The translations under genes were made by a program, and so were the position numbers. From Planctomycetota bacterium (GTDB taxonomy: Bacteria; Planctomycetota; UBA1135), in assembly GCA_018671175.1 (NCBI GenBank), contig JABHIE010000030.1, positions 2,146 through 66,145 on the forward strand: DNA of 64,000 bases, given 5' to 3'. Numbering within the stretch: the first letter of the stretch is position 1; each line of letters begins with the position of its first letter. This document shows, in pieces, positions 10,060 through 19,504 of this stretch. The notes under the pieces were generated by a model. The model had not been told where the DNA came from. It saw only the letters and a program-made list of their open reading frames with translations, and did no database searches.

Positions 10060-10098
10060 AAAAAAAGAAGCGGCTAGGTTTTATGGAACCTAACCGCT
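10060..10098 (-). terminator. Intrinsic terminator
   Basis: Minus strand AGCGGTTAGGTT-CCATAA-AACCTAGCCGCT then TCTTTTTTT. Confidence 0.8.
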
Positions 10099-10136
10099 CT
10101 CGTGCGGGTGGAAACCCGCTGTGTGCGACAGATGGC

Positions 10137-10973
10137 TTAATCTACAAACGGATAGCCGCTGTTATCAAAAGTCACAATCCACTTGGTCTCGCTTTTTAGT
10201 GGCTTGATAAATGGCTTGTAAACATCAAGGCAAGCAAAAGTGTGCCGACCGCGTTGCATAAGAATCATGGAATCTAGGTCACGCAAATAAACATCGAGTG
10301 TCAAATAGCCTTCGGCTTGTGAGGCGCGTGCCAAATCTAGCTTTTCGCTAGCTGTGGCGGCCAACTGAGCCAAGTCGGAAATTTTTCCATCTTTGTCAGG
10401 AGCGAGCTCGACATCTTGATGGTAAAAATCAAACAGAACCTTACTTTCATCAAAAAGAGCGAGGACTTTTTTTGACTTAAGCTTGCTCTCATGAAAAACC
10501 CAAACGAGACCCTCTCTCTTTGAAACGAATGAGGCAAACACGCTCTTGTCGTTTTCTTCGACCATTTGGGCGGCGCGGCGTAGATCGCGTGATTTGACTT
10601 CGCCAACAGCAACCACAACAGTCAGGCAAAGTGCGGACACTTTGTAGTCGTCTTTTTTTAGACCGCGCTTCATTTTGCGCGCCAATTTGCCAGCATCATC
10701 GGCTTGGACAGCAAACACATAATGCTCACGATTGGAGGTCGCGCGAACAGGGCGACCGATTACTTGCAATTTGTATTCGTTTTCAAGGCGCTGCGACATC
10801 GCGACATCGCCGTCGTTTGCAAAATCACCCTCAATGCCCAAGAAAACCAATGACTCAGATGCATCAAGTGCCATCGTTTGCCGCTCAGCAATAGAGGTGA
10901 GCGCAAAATTAGCCTGCACACTAACCGTGTGTGGCACAAAAGACAGGACGAGGGCTAAGGTTGCAAGAAGCAT
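10137..10973 (-). CDS. Exported hypothetical protein
   Basis: 278-aa ORF, N-terminal hydrophobic signal, followed by a terminator. Confidence 0.7.
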   Translation of the reverse strand: MLLATLALVLSFVPHTVSVQANFALTSIAERQTMALDASESLVFLGIEGDFANDGDVAMSQRLENEYKLQVIGRPVRATSNREHYVFAVQADDAGKLARKMKRGLKKDDYKVSALCLTVVVAVGEVKSRDLRRAAQMVEENDKSVFASFVSKREGLVWVFHESKLKSKKVLALFDESKVLFDFYHQDVELAPDKDGKISDLAQLAATASEKLDLARASQAEGYLTLDVYLRDLDSMILMQRGRHTFACLDVYKPFIKPLKSETKWIVTFDNSGYPFVD

Positions 10974-11015
10974 GAATCAATCGCGACTGGGGGGAACCTC
11001 TACTAGTGGGCTTAG

Positions 11016-12419
11016 TTAAGCCCGTTTCAGGTTTTTTGTGGAGGAAACTCGACTGCGAAGGACATTGACTGCCCCAGGAAACTCATTCTGACAGATTTCG
11101 GCTAATTCCGCCAGAACATTTGCATCGCTCGACAATGCAAGAACATAAAACTTCCACATGCGCTGGTATGAACTTTCAAGGTCACCCAAGCGTGGAGCGT
11201 ATTCTTTGAAATCACTTAAGGGCGCCAAGTCGTCCATGCCTGGCCAGCGGACAAGCATCTTGGCTTGTTTTAGCTGCATGTGGCCAGCTGGGCAATAAAG
11301 CAGCACTGGCACCTTTTGGCCTGTGCGGCGCTCAAGCTCTGAAGCAAGGCGGTTTTCAACCTCGCGACGGTGATCGGCCGAGCCCGCGCCAAAGAAGCGG
11401 TCGATAAGCTCTTGCTGAATATCGCCATTTGCATAAACAGGATACACTGCTGCTCGTTTTGGGATTTGGCGGCGCAAAAAGGCTGACAAATAAACATCGA
11501 GCTGTTGTTGGCGCTCTGGGTCAGAAACCTTGACCGCCTTGAGCAACTCAAGCAAGCCAGCATCAGTTGCGGGCTGCAAATCTTTGAGGGTAATCGCCTT
11601 TTCAAGCAGGGCAATCTCTACGGCCTTGGCAATCAAGGCCCCCACCGCAATTTTGGCGTGGTGATAATAAACACGCTCGCTGAAATAGAATCGCGCCTCA
11701 AGACAGCGAATCACCTCGCTCAACACAGCCTCTTTCAGATAGCCAGAGCGGCCCAAATCAACAAACAGATTCTGGGTGCGGCGATCAACACGAAACACAC
11801 CCATGATGCGCTCGTCATACTGAAGTTTGAGCCCTGTAAACAAAGCGTCTCGCGACAAGTAATCAAGCATGTCGGCATCAATCGTGCCTGAGACAAGGCC
11901 CGTCCAGTGGGGTGGCGCTTGACGATTAGCAGGGACGGCATCAGGTGCAAGCACGGCCAAAATATCTTGACGCACACCCGTAGCACCAAGCGCACGACCT
12001 AGCTCGGTATCGTCAGAGAACATCGTTTGAAAACGCTCAGGCGTATCGTGCCGCGCGATCAAACCCGTTTGGTCTTCGATGTTGTGCCCAAAAGGCAAGT
12101 GCGTGGAATCATGGACCAACGCCGCAAGCCGCACAATGCGCAACTCGTGAGGGTCATAGCCGCCATACTCGGCACCCGAATCGCGATCACGCACGATGTT
12201 GATTTCTTGCACCATGCGAGTGGCCAAATGCGCCGTACCTATCGAATGCTCAAATCGCGAATGCTGCGCGCCTGGATAAACCAAATGAGCCACACCCAAC
12301 TGACGCACATCACGCAAACGCTGCATCTCGACCGTATCGAGAATGGCCATTTCCTCGGCCGTCAAAGCAATGTCGCCATGAACGGGGTCGCGAATGATGT
12401 AGTCGTAATTCAGCATCAA
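11016..12419 (-). CDS. HD-domain phosphohydrolase (SAMHD1/dNTPase-like)
   Basis: RDPVHG, QRLRDVRQLG, HSRFEHSIG, HD..H.PFGH, DADMLDY motifs. Confidence 0.9.
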   Translation of the reverse strand: MMLNYDYIIRDPVHGDIALTAEEMAILDTVEMQRLRDVRQLGVAHLVYPGAQHSRFEHSIGTAHLATRMVQEINIVRDRDSGAEYGGYDPHELRIVRLAALVHDSTHLPFGHNIEDQTGLIARHDTPERFQTMFSDDTELGRALGATGVRQDILAVLAPDAVPANRQAPPHWTGLVSGTIDADMLDYLSRDALFTGLKLQYDERIMGVFRVDRRTQNLFVDLGRSGYLKEAVLSEVIRCLEARFYFSERVYYHHAKIAVGALIAKAVEIALLEKAITLKDLQPATDAGLLELLKAVKVSDPERQQQLDVYLSAFLRRQIPKRAAVYPVYANGDIQQELIDRFFGAGSADHRREVENRLASELERRTGQKVPVLLYCPAGHMQLKQAKMLVRWPGMDDLAPLSDFKEYAPRLGDLESSYQRMWKFYVLALSSDANVLAELAEICQNEFPGAVNVLRSRVSSTKNLKRA

Positions 12420-13303
12420 TCTCGCCCTTCGCGAGCGCAGGCCACAAGCTCTTCGACTTCGTGGCGTGAAAGCGGTCGATAACCACCCCTCTTGACACCC
12501 TTAACGCCAAGTGAGCCAATGCGAACGCGCTTAAGCTGCCGCACCTTTAAGCCCGACCGCGCAAGCAAGCGACGCACCTCTCGGTTACGACCCTCGCGGA
12601 TGGTGATTTCAACAGCCGAAAACGCCTTTGTGCGGCGACCCACGCGCACAGACAATGGCACCACTTTCGTGCCGTCAATAAAGGCTCCTTTACGAAGCTT
12701 TTCAACCGAGTCAAAATCGACAAGCCCATCAACGCGCACCATGTAAGTCTTGCGCACACCAAAACTTGGGTGCGTCATCAACTGAGAAAACTCGCCGTCA
12801 TTGGTCAACAACAACAAACCCTCAGAGGCTTCATCAAGCCGCCCCACGGTAAACACTCGCGAAGGCATCAAGGGGTCAATCAAATCGCAAACGCGCAAAC
12901 GCGTCTCGCGCAGGTCATTGGTGCACAGCACGCCCTTGGGCTTATAAAAAAGGTAATAGAGCCGCCGCACGACTTTGACGACACGCCCCTCAACCTTGAC
13001 CTCGTCGCCCGCTAGAATTCGGCGGCCAGGCTCAAGCACAATTTCGCCGTTTACATCGACGACACCCTCGAGCACCATGGCATCACATTTGCGGCGTGAA
13101 GCCACACCAGCATCGGCCAGCCACTTATTGAGCCGGACGCCATTTTCAGACGCACCCGCAGCCTGCGGAACGACCGACTCGCTAGGTGTGTCGTGCTGAG
13201 CCACAAAGCCATATGCCAAGCGCTTGCCCTTACGAGATGTTTTAGGCTTACCGCGCCCCATGTGGCCCGCTGAGTGACCCTTTTTGTTTTTCTTATTCGC
13301 CAT
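12416..13303 (-). CDS. rluB: 23S rRNA pseudouridine synthase (RsuA/RluB family)
   Basis: S4 domain RLNKWLADAGVASRR; catalytic GRLD; EGRNREVRR. Confidence 0.9.
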   Translation of the reverse strand: MANKKNKKGHSAGHMGRGKPKTSRKGKRLAYGFVAQHDTPSESVVPQAAGASENGVRLNKWLADAGVASRRKCDAMVLEGVVDVNGEIVLEPGRRILAGDEVKVEGRVVKVVRRLYYLFYKPKGVLCTNDLRETRLRVCDLIDPLMPSRVFTVGRLDEASEGLLLLTNDGEFSQLMTHPSFGVRKTYMVRVDGLVDFDSVEKLRKGAFIDGTKVVPLSVRVGRRTKAFSAVEITIREGRNREVRRLLARSGLKVRQLKRVRIGSLGVKGVKRGGYRPLSRHEVEELVACAREGRD

Positions 13304-14259
13304 TAAAGTGCCTCTGCCTCGACTATTTCGAGACCGTCGCCCGATGCTTGAATGGAAACCATTTCAAGGCTTGCTGGCAACAGAAAAGTGTCGCCAAATT
13401 TAAGTTCACGCCCAGCCATCTGCCCTGAACCACCCACGACCGCCATCACTCGCGCATGAGTATGAGACTCGATGCCGAGAATTTGATCAGCGTTTAGGCG
13501 GAAAGAGCGCATCCGAAAATAGGGGCAAACCACAAGTAGATTTTCAGCACACTCGCCGCGCACCGCCTCGCCTGGAGGCAAAGAATAATCGACCACACGC
13601 AATGCCTCTTTTAGATGAGTTGCGCGCGGCTTGCCGTCAAGCCCCAAACGACCCCAATCGTAAAGCCGATAAGTAACATCACTAGTTTGCTGAATTTCGC
13701 AAAGCATCGTGCCACTACGGATGGCATGCGTTTGCCCGGCGGGAACGAAAACACAATCGCCACGGCGGACGCCAATCTCGTGTAGATCACCTTCGACCTC
13801 TGCCGTGTGTGCATGTTCAGAAAAACTCTTAGCCTGCGTACCAGCTTCAAGGCCGCTAATGACCGAGCCGCCGTCATTTAGAACGAACCAAGCCTCTGTT
13901 TTGCCAACGCCAGCCCCCGGTGCCAACCCATCAGGTGGATGCACCTGCACCGACAAATCATCTGTTGCATCAAGAAACTTGACCAGTAATGGAAAACGGC
14001 CATCATGCGTGGGTCGTGAATCGCCCAAAATCTCTGCCGAATGTGTTTCCATCAGTTCGCGTAGGCTCGTGCCGCCAAATGGGCCGCCGGCAATAATGGT
14101 TTCTTGGCCGGGGCAATCTGAGAGTTCCCATGTTTCGCCGAGTGGGCCAGCAAAGGGCAAATTTATGCCCAAGCGCTCAGCCAATGCAAAGCCCCCCCAC
14201 ACCTTTTCTTGCAAAAGGCGCTGAAAAAACAAAGGCTCTACTAAAGGGGTTGTTGGCAT
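13303..14259 (-). CDS. manA: Mannose-6-phosphate isomerase, class I
   Basis: KVWGG, GETWE, FPLLVKFLDA, LSVQVHP, KTEAW, EIQQTSD; start set at MPTTP. Confidence 0.92.
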   Translation of the reverse strand: MPTTPLVEPLFFQRLLQEKVWGGFALAERLGINLPFAGPLGETWELSDCPGQETIIAGGPFGGTSLRELMETHSAEILGDSRPTHDGRFPLLVKFLDATDDLSVQVHPPDGLAPGAGVGKTEAWFVLNDGGSVISGLEAGTQAKSFSEHAHTAEVEGDLHEIGVRRGDCVFVPAGQTHAIRSGTMLCEIQQTSDVTYRLYDWGRLGLDGKPRATHLKEALRVVDYSLPPGEAVRGECAENLLVVCPYFRMRSFRLNADQILGIESHTHARVMAVVGGSGQMAGRELKFGDTFLLPASLEMVSIQASGDGLEIVEAEAL

Positions 14260-14278
14260 GGCGTCGCCCCTCATTCTA

Positions 14279-14731
14279 TCAGCCAAACCAAATTCGCCTA
14301 CGGCGTCTGCGGCGGCTTTTCTTGGCGCGCAGGCCCTCGACATTGAGTTGATGAGTCGCTCGGGTGGAACCGCCGACGGCTCGCATGAGCGACTTCCATT
14401 CGGCGCCATGTGGGGCGATTCTTTTTCGCATTGCCTTTGCTTGATCATAAGCCACAAGATGCGCCAACTCATGCAGCAAAAGTGGCTGCATCTCGTCAGG
14501 GTGTCGCGCCAGAAGAATCGGATTGAACTCAAGCACTTGATCGCTCAAACACGCTCGCCCTAAAGTTGTGCGCAAACGGCTATTCCACCGCCAAGCAACT
14601 TTTGTGGCAAAACCTGGCACGCCCCACAGCCCACAAGACTCGGCAATAAGAGCATCAATCGCCGCGGGCGGCCAAACCGCGAGCAAACGCGCAATGGCTG
14701 GCCGCTCAGCGTCGAGAGGGGAAGTGGGCAC
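14279..14731 (-). CDS. SprT-like zinc metalloprotease
   Basis: WNSRLRTTLGRA, HELAH, PHGAEWK motifs. Confidence 0.88.
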   Translation of the reverse strand: MPTSPLDAERPAIARLLAVWPPAAIDALIAESCGLWGVPGFATKVAWRWNSRLRTTLGRACLSDQVLEFNPILLARHPDEMQPLLLHELAHLVAYDQAKAMRKRIAPHGAEWKSLMRAVGGSTRATHQLNVEGLRAKKSRRRRRRRIWFG

Positions 14732-14740
14732 CCCATTAGC

Positions 14741-14839
14741 CTAGCGGCGCTTTTTTGTGTAGCGCTCAAAGAGACAAGTCATGACAAACCAGCCCCCCAA
14801 CACGAATAGCGCCAGAATTGCATCGGTTTGGCTCAGCAT
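14741..14839 (-). CDS. Uncalled 32-aa single-pass membrane peptide
   Basis: MLSQTDAILALFVLGGWFVMTCLFERYTKKRR; GAGGTG SD-like motif upstream; start overlaps the end of the upstream ORF; hydrophobic core plus basic tail. Confidence 0.55.
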   Translation of the reverse strand: MLSQTDAILALFVLGGWFVMTCLFERYTKKRR

Positions 14840-15084
14840 GCCGACACCTCTTCGAGCTCGCCTTGAAAGAAATCGAGCAGCTCTTGGACTTGCGTGGGCA
14901 CGACCGCTTGATCGCATACAGCTTCGCCGCTGGCTCTTACTGAGCTGGGCAACGAATCGGGCAACCCAAGCGTTGACCGCTCAAGCAAACGAGGTCTGGC
15001 CTTGGCGCGAGTAATGGAAGCCACGGGGCGGCGCGCAAAACGACGGCCGGCAGCGGTGAGGTAATCAATGAGTGGTAGTTGCAT
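14833..15084 (-). CDS. Small hypothetical protein (83 aa)
   Basis: GGAG SD upstream; co-oriented with the WYL gene; basic N-half and acidic C-terminal helix. Confidence 0.55.
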   Translation of the reverse strand: MQLPLIDYLTAAGRRFARRPVASITRAKARPRLLERSTLGLPDSLPSSVRASGEAVCDQAVVPTQVQELLDFFQGELEEVSAC

Positions 15085-15131
15085 GAGTCAATCTCCAGCA
15101 AGTAGTTTCGCCAGCAGATTGTCAGCCGCTG

Positions 15132-16121
15132 TCACTCAGAATACTTTTTCGAAGCTTTTTTCAATTCATCGATAACGCGCGCCCTAAGACTTTCAGGAGA
15201 AAGGACTTCCGCCTGCCCACCCCAACCCAAAACCCAGCGAATCAATTCGATATCTCCGCGATAATGCACCTCAAGCACGGCTTCATCACTCTGCCATGTA
15301 ACCACCTGCCCAGCCTGCAGAGGCTCTTCTTCAGCGACCAAACCCGCCAAACGAGAGAGTCGTATTTTGGCCGTCTGGACGGCTTCCCCGTGAAAAATGC
15401 CAATGCAGTCGGCGAGATGCAAACGCACATCAAAAGGCGCGGGGGCAAAACGCTCATCTGTGCGACGGGCGCCGTAAATGCGGTCGAGTTTTAGGAAAAC
15501 AATCGGGCCGTCGCCACGCACAACAATATATGTGGACTGATGCCGCACATAAACGGCCAGCGGCTCAAAAACCGCCCATTGCGAGGTTTCGGAACTTGGC
15601 TTGCGATAGTTGAGCTTGACGCGACGGTGGTTTTCAATGGACTCTTGAATGGTGCGCAATTTGGCGGCACGGCCCTCGTAGCTTTTTCCGCCCGCACCCT
15701 CTTGAACAAAAATCGGGCCCAGCTCACGGAAGTGTTCCATGGCGGGCGATTGCTCTAATTCACGGAACAAAACGCCCAAACCCGCGCCAAGGGGCGTCGC
15801 CAAAAGTGGCTCAAGGAAATCGCGGGCCAAGGAAAGGGCAACCGCCGTTTCTGGCGGCAACTGAATACCCGCTTTTTGCAAGTTGTCGCCAAACCAATGC
15901 TTGTCATCGAAAAACCACTCAGTTTCGCCGTCAGGGCGATTGCGATCATGCACTGGGAAGCCCACCGAACCCAAATCGTCGAGGTCGCGTCGAAGTGTGC
16001 GCTCGCTTGGCTCGTCTGGAGCAAGCTCATGAAGCAGCTCGGCCAAGGTGTACCCATTGCCCTTGCGCTGGGCGAAGACTCGCAACAAGCGCCATTGCCT
16101 AAAAAATTTAGTTTGCGTCAT
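15132..16121 (-). CDS. HTH-WYL-WCX transcriptional regulator (YafY/DriD/PafC-like)
   Basis: SERTLRRDL HTH, Y..P, FEP, FLKLDRI, WVLGWG..AEVLSP..LR; ATGA overlap with rsmD. Confidence 0.92.
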   Translation of the reverse strand: MTQTKFFRQWRLLRVFAQRKGNGYTLAELLHELAPDEPSERTLRRDLDDLGSVGFPVHDRNRPDGETEWFFDDKHWFGDNLQKAGIQLPPETAVALSLARDFLEPLLATPLGAGLGVLFRELEQSPAMEHFRELGPIFVQEGAGGKSYEGRAAKLRTIQESIENHRRVKLNYRKPSSETSQWAVFEPLAVYVRHQSTYIVVRGDGPIVFLKLDRIYGARRTDERFAPAPFDVRLHLADCIGIFHGEAVQTAKIRLSRLAGLVAEEEPLQAGQVVTWQSDEAVLEVHYRGDIELIRWVLGWGGQAEVLSPESLRARVIDELKKASKKYSE

Positions 16122-16696
16122 GAATGAGTCTCGGCTTTGTGCCACCAGTACAAAGACGCCGACCCATAATCGCGGCGCTCGACACCAGGGAGTTTTGCCA
16201 ACTCATCATCACTGAGCAGGCCTTTGGGCGTATGGGCAATCGCGCAACCACCTGGCCTTAAGCCCTCACACAAACCAAGAAACAACCCCCAAGCCTTGAT
16301 TCGAGCCGCGCCGCCCTTGCGGAAGTCATCATAGGGTGGATCAAAAAAGACGATATCTGGTGGCTCTAAGGTCGTCAAACCAGGCAAAGTGTGGGCGTCA
16401 ATCCGCATGGTTTGCAAGCGATCTTGCACGCGAATCAGCTCTGCGTTTTCGCGGATTTGCTGAACGGCCTTTGCGTTAAATTCAATCGCCACAACTTGCC
16501 GTGCGCCACGCGAAAGTGCCTCAAGACCTAGGATGCCTGAGCCTGCGTAGACATCCCAAAACAAGGCGTCTGTGATTAAGGCACCCAAGTGATTGAAAAC
16601 CCCCTCGCGCGCACGCTCGACCAATGGGCGAGTTGCGGCGACTTTTGGGACTTTTAATTTGCGTCCTCGATGTTCTCCGGCGGTAATACGAAGCAT
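16118..16696 (-). CDS. rsmD: 16S rRNA m2G966 methyltransferase
   Basis: LRITAGEHRGRKL, TRP, DVYAGSG.LGLEALSRGA, DPPY; start at 16696. Confidence 0.92.
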   Translation of the reverse strand: MLRITAGEHRGRKLKVPKVAATRPLVERAREGVFNHLGALITDALFWDVYAGSGILGLEALSRGARQVVAIEFNAKAVQQIRENAELIRVQDRLQTMRIDAHTLPGLTTLEPPDIVFFDPPYDDFRKGGAARIKAWGLFLGLCEGLRPGGCAIAHTPKGLLSDDELAKLPGVERRDYGSASLYWWHKAETHS

Positions 16697-16717
16697 AGAC
16701 CGTAGAATAACGGAGAC

Positions 16718-17452
16718 ATGCCTCGTCTCCACGTGAACATTGACCATGTTGCGACTGTGCGCCAAGCTCGCCGCGACACCCAACCCGACCCTGTGCTGGC
16801 CGCCGGCATCGCTGAGCTTGCGGGCGCAAACGGTATTACCGTGCATTTGCGCGAAGACCGCCGGCACATCCAAGACCGCGATGTCCGCATCTTGCGTGAT
16901 ACGGTCAAGACATTACTGAATCTTGAGATGGCCTTGACCGACGAGATGATCGAGCATGCCATACAGGTCAAACCCGACCAAGTTTGCGTTGTGCCCGAAA
17001 GTCGCGAAGAGCTCACCACCGAAGGTGGGCTTGATGCCGATGGCTGCCTCGATCACCTAAGTGATACGATTGCGCAACTCAAGGCCGCCGGTATCGAGGT
17101 AAGCGTTTTTATCGACCCAGAGCCCAACGCAATTGAAGCGGCGGCAAAAGCTGGCGCCGATTATGTTGAGCTGCACACCGGGTCTTACGCCAACGCCAAA
17201 GGCCAGAATCGCGACAACGAATTAAAGCGCCTCGAGACCTCTGCGCATTACGCTCACGAGCTTGGCTTGCGGGTAAACGCTGGCCATGGCCTTGATTACG
17301 AAAATGTGATGCCGATTGCGCAACTTCCACACATCGAAGAGCTCAACATCGGTTACGCAATCATCGCGCGGTCGATTTATGTTGGTCTCGATCAGGCCGT
17401 GCGCGAGATGCAAGACCGCATTTTGTCTGCTGCGCCACCAGACGAAGCTTAA
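16718..17452 (+). CDS. pdxJ: Pyridoxine 5'-phosphate synthase
   Basis: [38 protein letters not shown]. Confidence 0.98.
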   Translation: MPRLHVNIDHVATVRQARRDTQPDPVLAAGIAELAGANGITVHLREDRRHIQDRDVRILRDTVKTLLNLEMALTDEMIEHAIQVKPDQVCVVPESREELTTEGGLDADGCLDHLSDTIAQLKAAGIEVSVFIDPEPNAIEAAAKAGADYVELHTGSYANAKGQNRDNELKRLETSAHYAHELGLRVNAGHGLDYENVMPIAQLPHIEELNIGYAIIARSIYVGLDQAVREMQDRILSAAPPDEA

Positions 17453-17467
17453 GCGCATTCAGCATTC

Positions 17468-18562
17468 ATGCCTAAGCGGAGGACGATTTATATCAACGCG
17501 CGTTTTTTAACAGCGCCGCTTACGGGTATACAGCGCTTTGGGCGAGAGGTGCTTCGTGAGTGGGATAATATGATTCAGGAAGGCGCGATTAATGGGAGTC
17601 AATTTCGTTTTATCTTGCTTTCACCCACCATCCCGAGCGACATGCCAAGTTATCGGCATCTCGACTTACAGATTATGGGTCGCTTGCGTTCGCATCTCTG
17701 GGAACAAATTAGCCTGCCCCTTTTTACGCGTGGGCATTTTTTAATCAACCTCGGAAACACCGCACCCGCGTTCAAAAAAGAGCAAGCTGTATCCATCATG
17801 GATTTACAGGTTTGGGCTCGGCCATCCACGCACTCGTTCTTCTTCAATCGCGTTTACGGCTTCATCGTGCCGCGTGCTGTCCGAAACGCTCGCACTGTTC
17901 TTGCCATTTCAAACTCCACCTCCCTTGAGCTTGAAAAGTGGTTTCAACATCCGACATCAGAAACGACTGTCACCTGTTGTTCGCACGAGCATGTATTGCG
18001 CACGCCTTCACAACCTGATTGTTTAGCAAAGCATAATTTATTAGCCGACAACTTTTTGCTTGCCGTCAGCTCGCTCAACCCAAACAAAAACTTTCTCGCG
18101 ATTCTTCAAGCGACGAAAGAAGCTGATATTCATATTCCATTTGTCATCGTCGGTGGCACAAACCCTAAAGTTTTCGCGGGGCAAGGCATTGACGCTTTGC
18201 CCAAAGAAGTCATCCATGTTGGGCGCGTTAGTGATGGCGAATTGCGCGCGCTTTATGAAAACGCTCTTGGCTTTGTCTACCCAAGTTTTTACGAAGGCTG
18301 GGGCCTACCACCCGGCGAGGCAATGCAGCTAGGTTGCCCGGTTATCTCAAGCCACACATCTTCTCTGCCCGAAGTTTGCGGGGACGCCGCCCTTTATTGC
18401 GACCCTGCCGATGTCTCAAGTTTGGCCGCACAACTAAAAAGACTCGTCAACGAGCCCGCTCTCAGAGATGAATTGCGCGAAAAAGGTAAAAAGCAAATTG
18501 CGCGCTTCTCATGGAGAAAAAGCGCGCAACGAGCGTGGCAGGCGATTGAAGCCTGCCTTTGA
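17468..18562 (+). CDS. Glycosyltransferase family 4
   Basis: TGIQRF, KN, PSFYEGWGLPPGEAM, SLPEV motifs. Confidence 0.92.
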   Translation: MPKRRTIYINARFLTAPLTGIQRFGREVLREWDNMIQEGAINGSQFRFILLSPTIPSDMPSYRHLDLQIMGRLRSHLWEQISLPLFTRGHFLINLGNTAPAFKKEQAVSIMDLQVWARPSTHSFFFNRVYGFIVPRAVRNARTVLAISNSTSLELEKWFQHPTSETTVTCCSHEHVLRTPSQPDCLAKHNLLADNFLLAVSSLNPNKNFLAILQATKEADIHIPFVIVGGTNPKVFAGQGIDALPKEVIHVGRVSDGELRALYENALGFVYPSFYEGWGLPPGEAMQLGCPVISSHTSSLPEVCGDAALYCDPADVSSLAAQLKRLVNEPALRDELREKGKKQIARFSWRKSAQRAWQAIEACL

Positions 18563-18569
18563 TGAAGCT

Positions 18570-19427
18570 CTAGAAATCGAGCTCTTCTTCGCCCATGTCG
18601 ACGCCTTGCTGCATGGTCGCCATTTGAATCATGACCGTCATGTCTTGAACCATCTTGCCCTCGGGTGGGGTGTAGTCAAAAGTGCCTTTGTCGAACGCCT
18701 CAACCATTTTGGAGTTAGACATCGAGAAGCTCATGTCTTGGCCCTCTTCTTTAGAGAAGCCCGTGATGGAAACTGGGAACCATGTTTTAGCCGAGAAGAC
18801 AGCTTTGCCGCCTTCTGTTTCATTGCCCATGCTGTAGCTGCGAGTGCCTTCAGCGCCTTTGGTTTCTTTGATGCCGCCATCAACAGAATCAAAGGAAAAG
18901 GCATCGGTCTCTTGCAGTTTTGCCATGATGGCTTCTGGCGTAGAGAGCTCTGCGAAATCAGGTAAAACGCTTAGGTCAAGTTTGACGATGTCAGAAGCCA
19001 TGCCGGCTTTCATCTCGGGTGGTAGGTCAAACTCGGCATGAAGAATTGAGCCATTTAGCACGAGGATTGCCGAGCCAGCAACATCGCCTTGCATTGGGTC
19101 GTTCATGTTGAAGGTGACATCTAGGCGGAAGTGCAACAGATCTTGATAGACGATGTGCCCCTTGACGCCGAAAATCATCTTTTCTTCGCTCATCGGTGAA
19201 TTTTGAGAGCCAGAGACGGAAAAATCGCTTTCCCATGACTTGCCAAGTAGGGCAACGAGGCCCGTTTGGATTTCAGAGGCAATCGGCGCGCAGGCATCAG
19301 CGCCTGCATCTTGAGTACAACAGGGAGTCTCGCCTTGAGCGACTTTTGCCTTGCAGCAGTCAGCGTCTTGGGCGGCAAGAGGTGAAAGCAGGAGCATGCC
19401 CGCAAAAAGAGTAGTGATCATTTTCAT
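18570..19427 (-). CDS. Exported protein, LolA-like fold suspected (paralog 1)
   Basis: Signal peptide, beta-rich body, FDYTPPEG motif typical of LolA-like C-termini. Confidence 0.6.
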   Translation of the reverse strand: MKMITTLFAGMLLLSPLAAQDADCCKAKVAQGETPCCTQDAGADACAPIASEIQTGLVALLGKSWESDFSVSGSQNSPMSEEKMIFGVKGHIVYQDLLHFRLDVTFNMNDPMQGDVAGSAILVLNGSILHAEFDLPPEMKAGMASDIVKLDLSVLPDFAELSTPEAIMAKLQETDAFSFDSVDGGIKETKGAEGTRSYSMGNETEGGKAVFSAKTWFPVSITGFSKEEGQDMSFSMSNSKMVEAFDKGTFDYTPPEGKMVQDMTVMIQMATMQQGVDMGEEELDF

Positions 19428-19504
19428 CGTAGTAACGGCGTATGCCGAAGCCTCATTCTAAGGCCACGCCACCAATACGGACGCCCTGATTTTATGTTGG
19501 TCGA

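Noticed and set aside
14260-14532. Extended manA N-terminus in the ORF track
   Set aside because: It overlaps sprT in another frame; homology begins at MPTTP
14781-15014. Plus-strand 77-aa ORF
   Set aside because: Antisense to two SD-bearing minus-strand ORFs within a minus-strand run; cannot be fully excluded
11016-16121. WYL + SprT + HD dNTPase as a phage-defence island
   Set aside because: Interleaved with housekeeping rsmD, manA and rluB, with no mobility or recognised defence effectors; kept only as a DNA-damage hypothesis
16697-16873. Long rsmD N-terminus overlapping pdxJ
   Set aside because: An antisense shadow of pdxJ; the RsmD motif starts at MLRITAG
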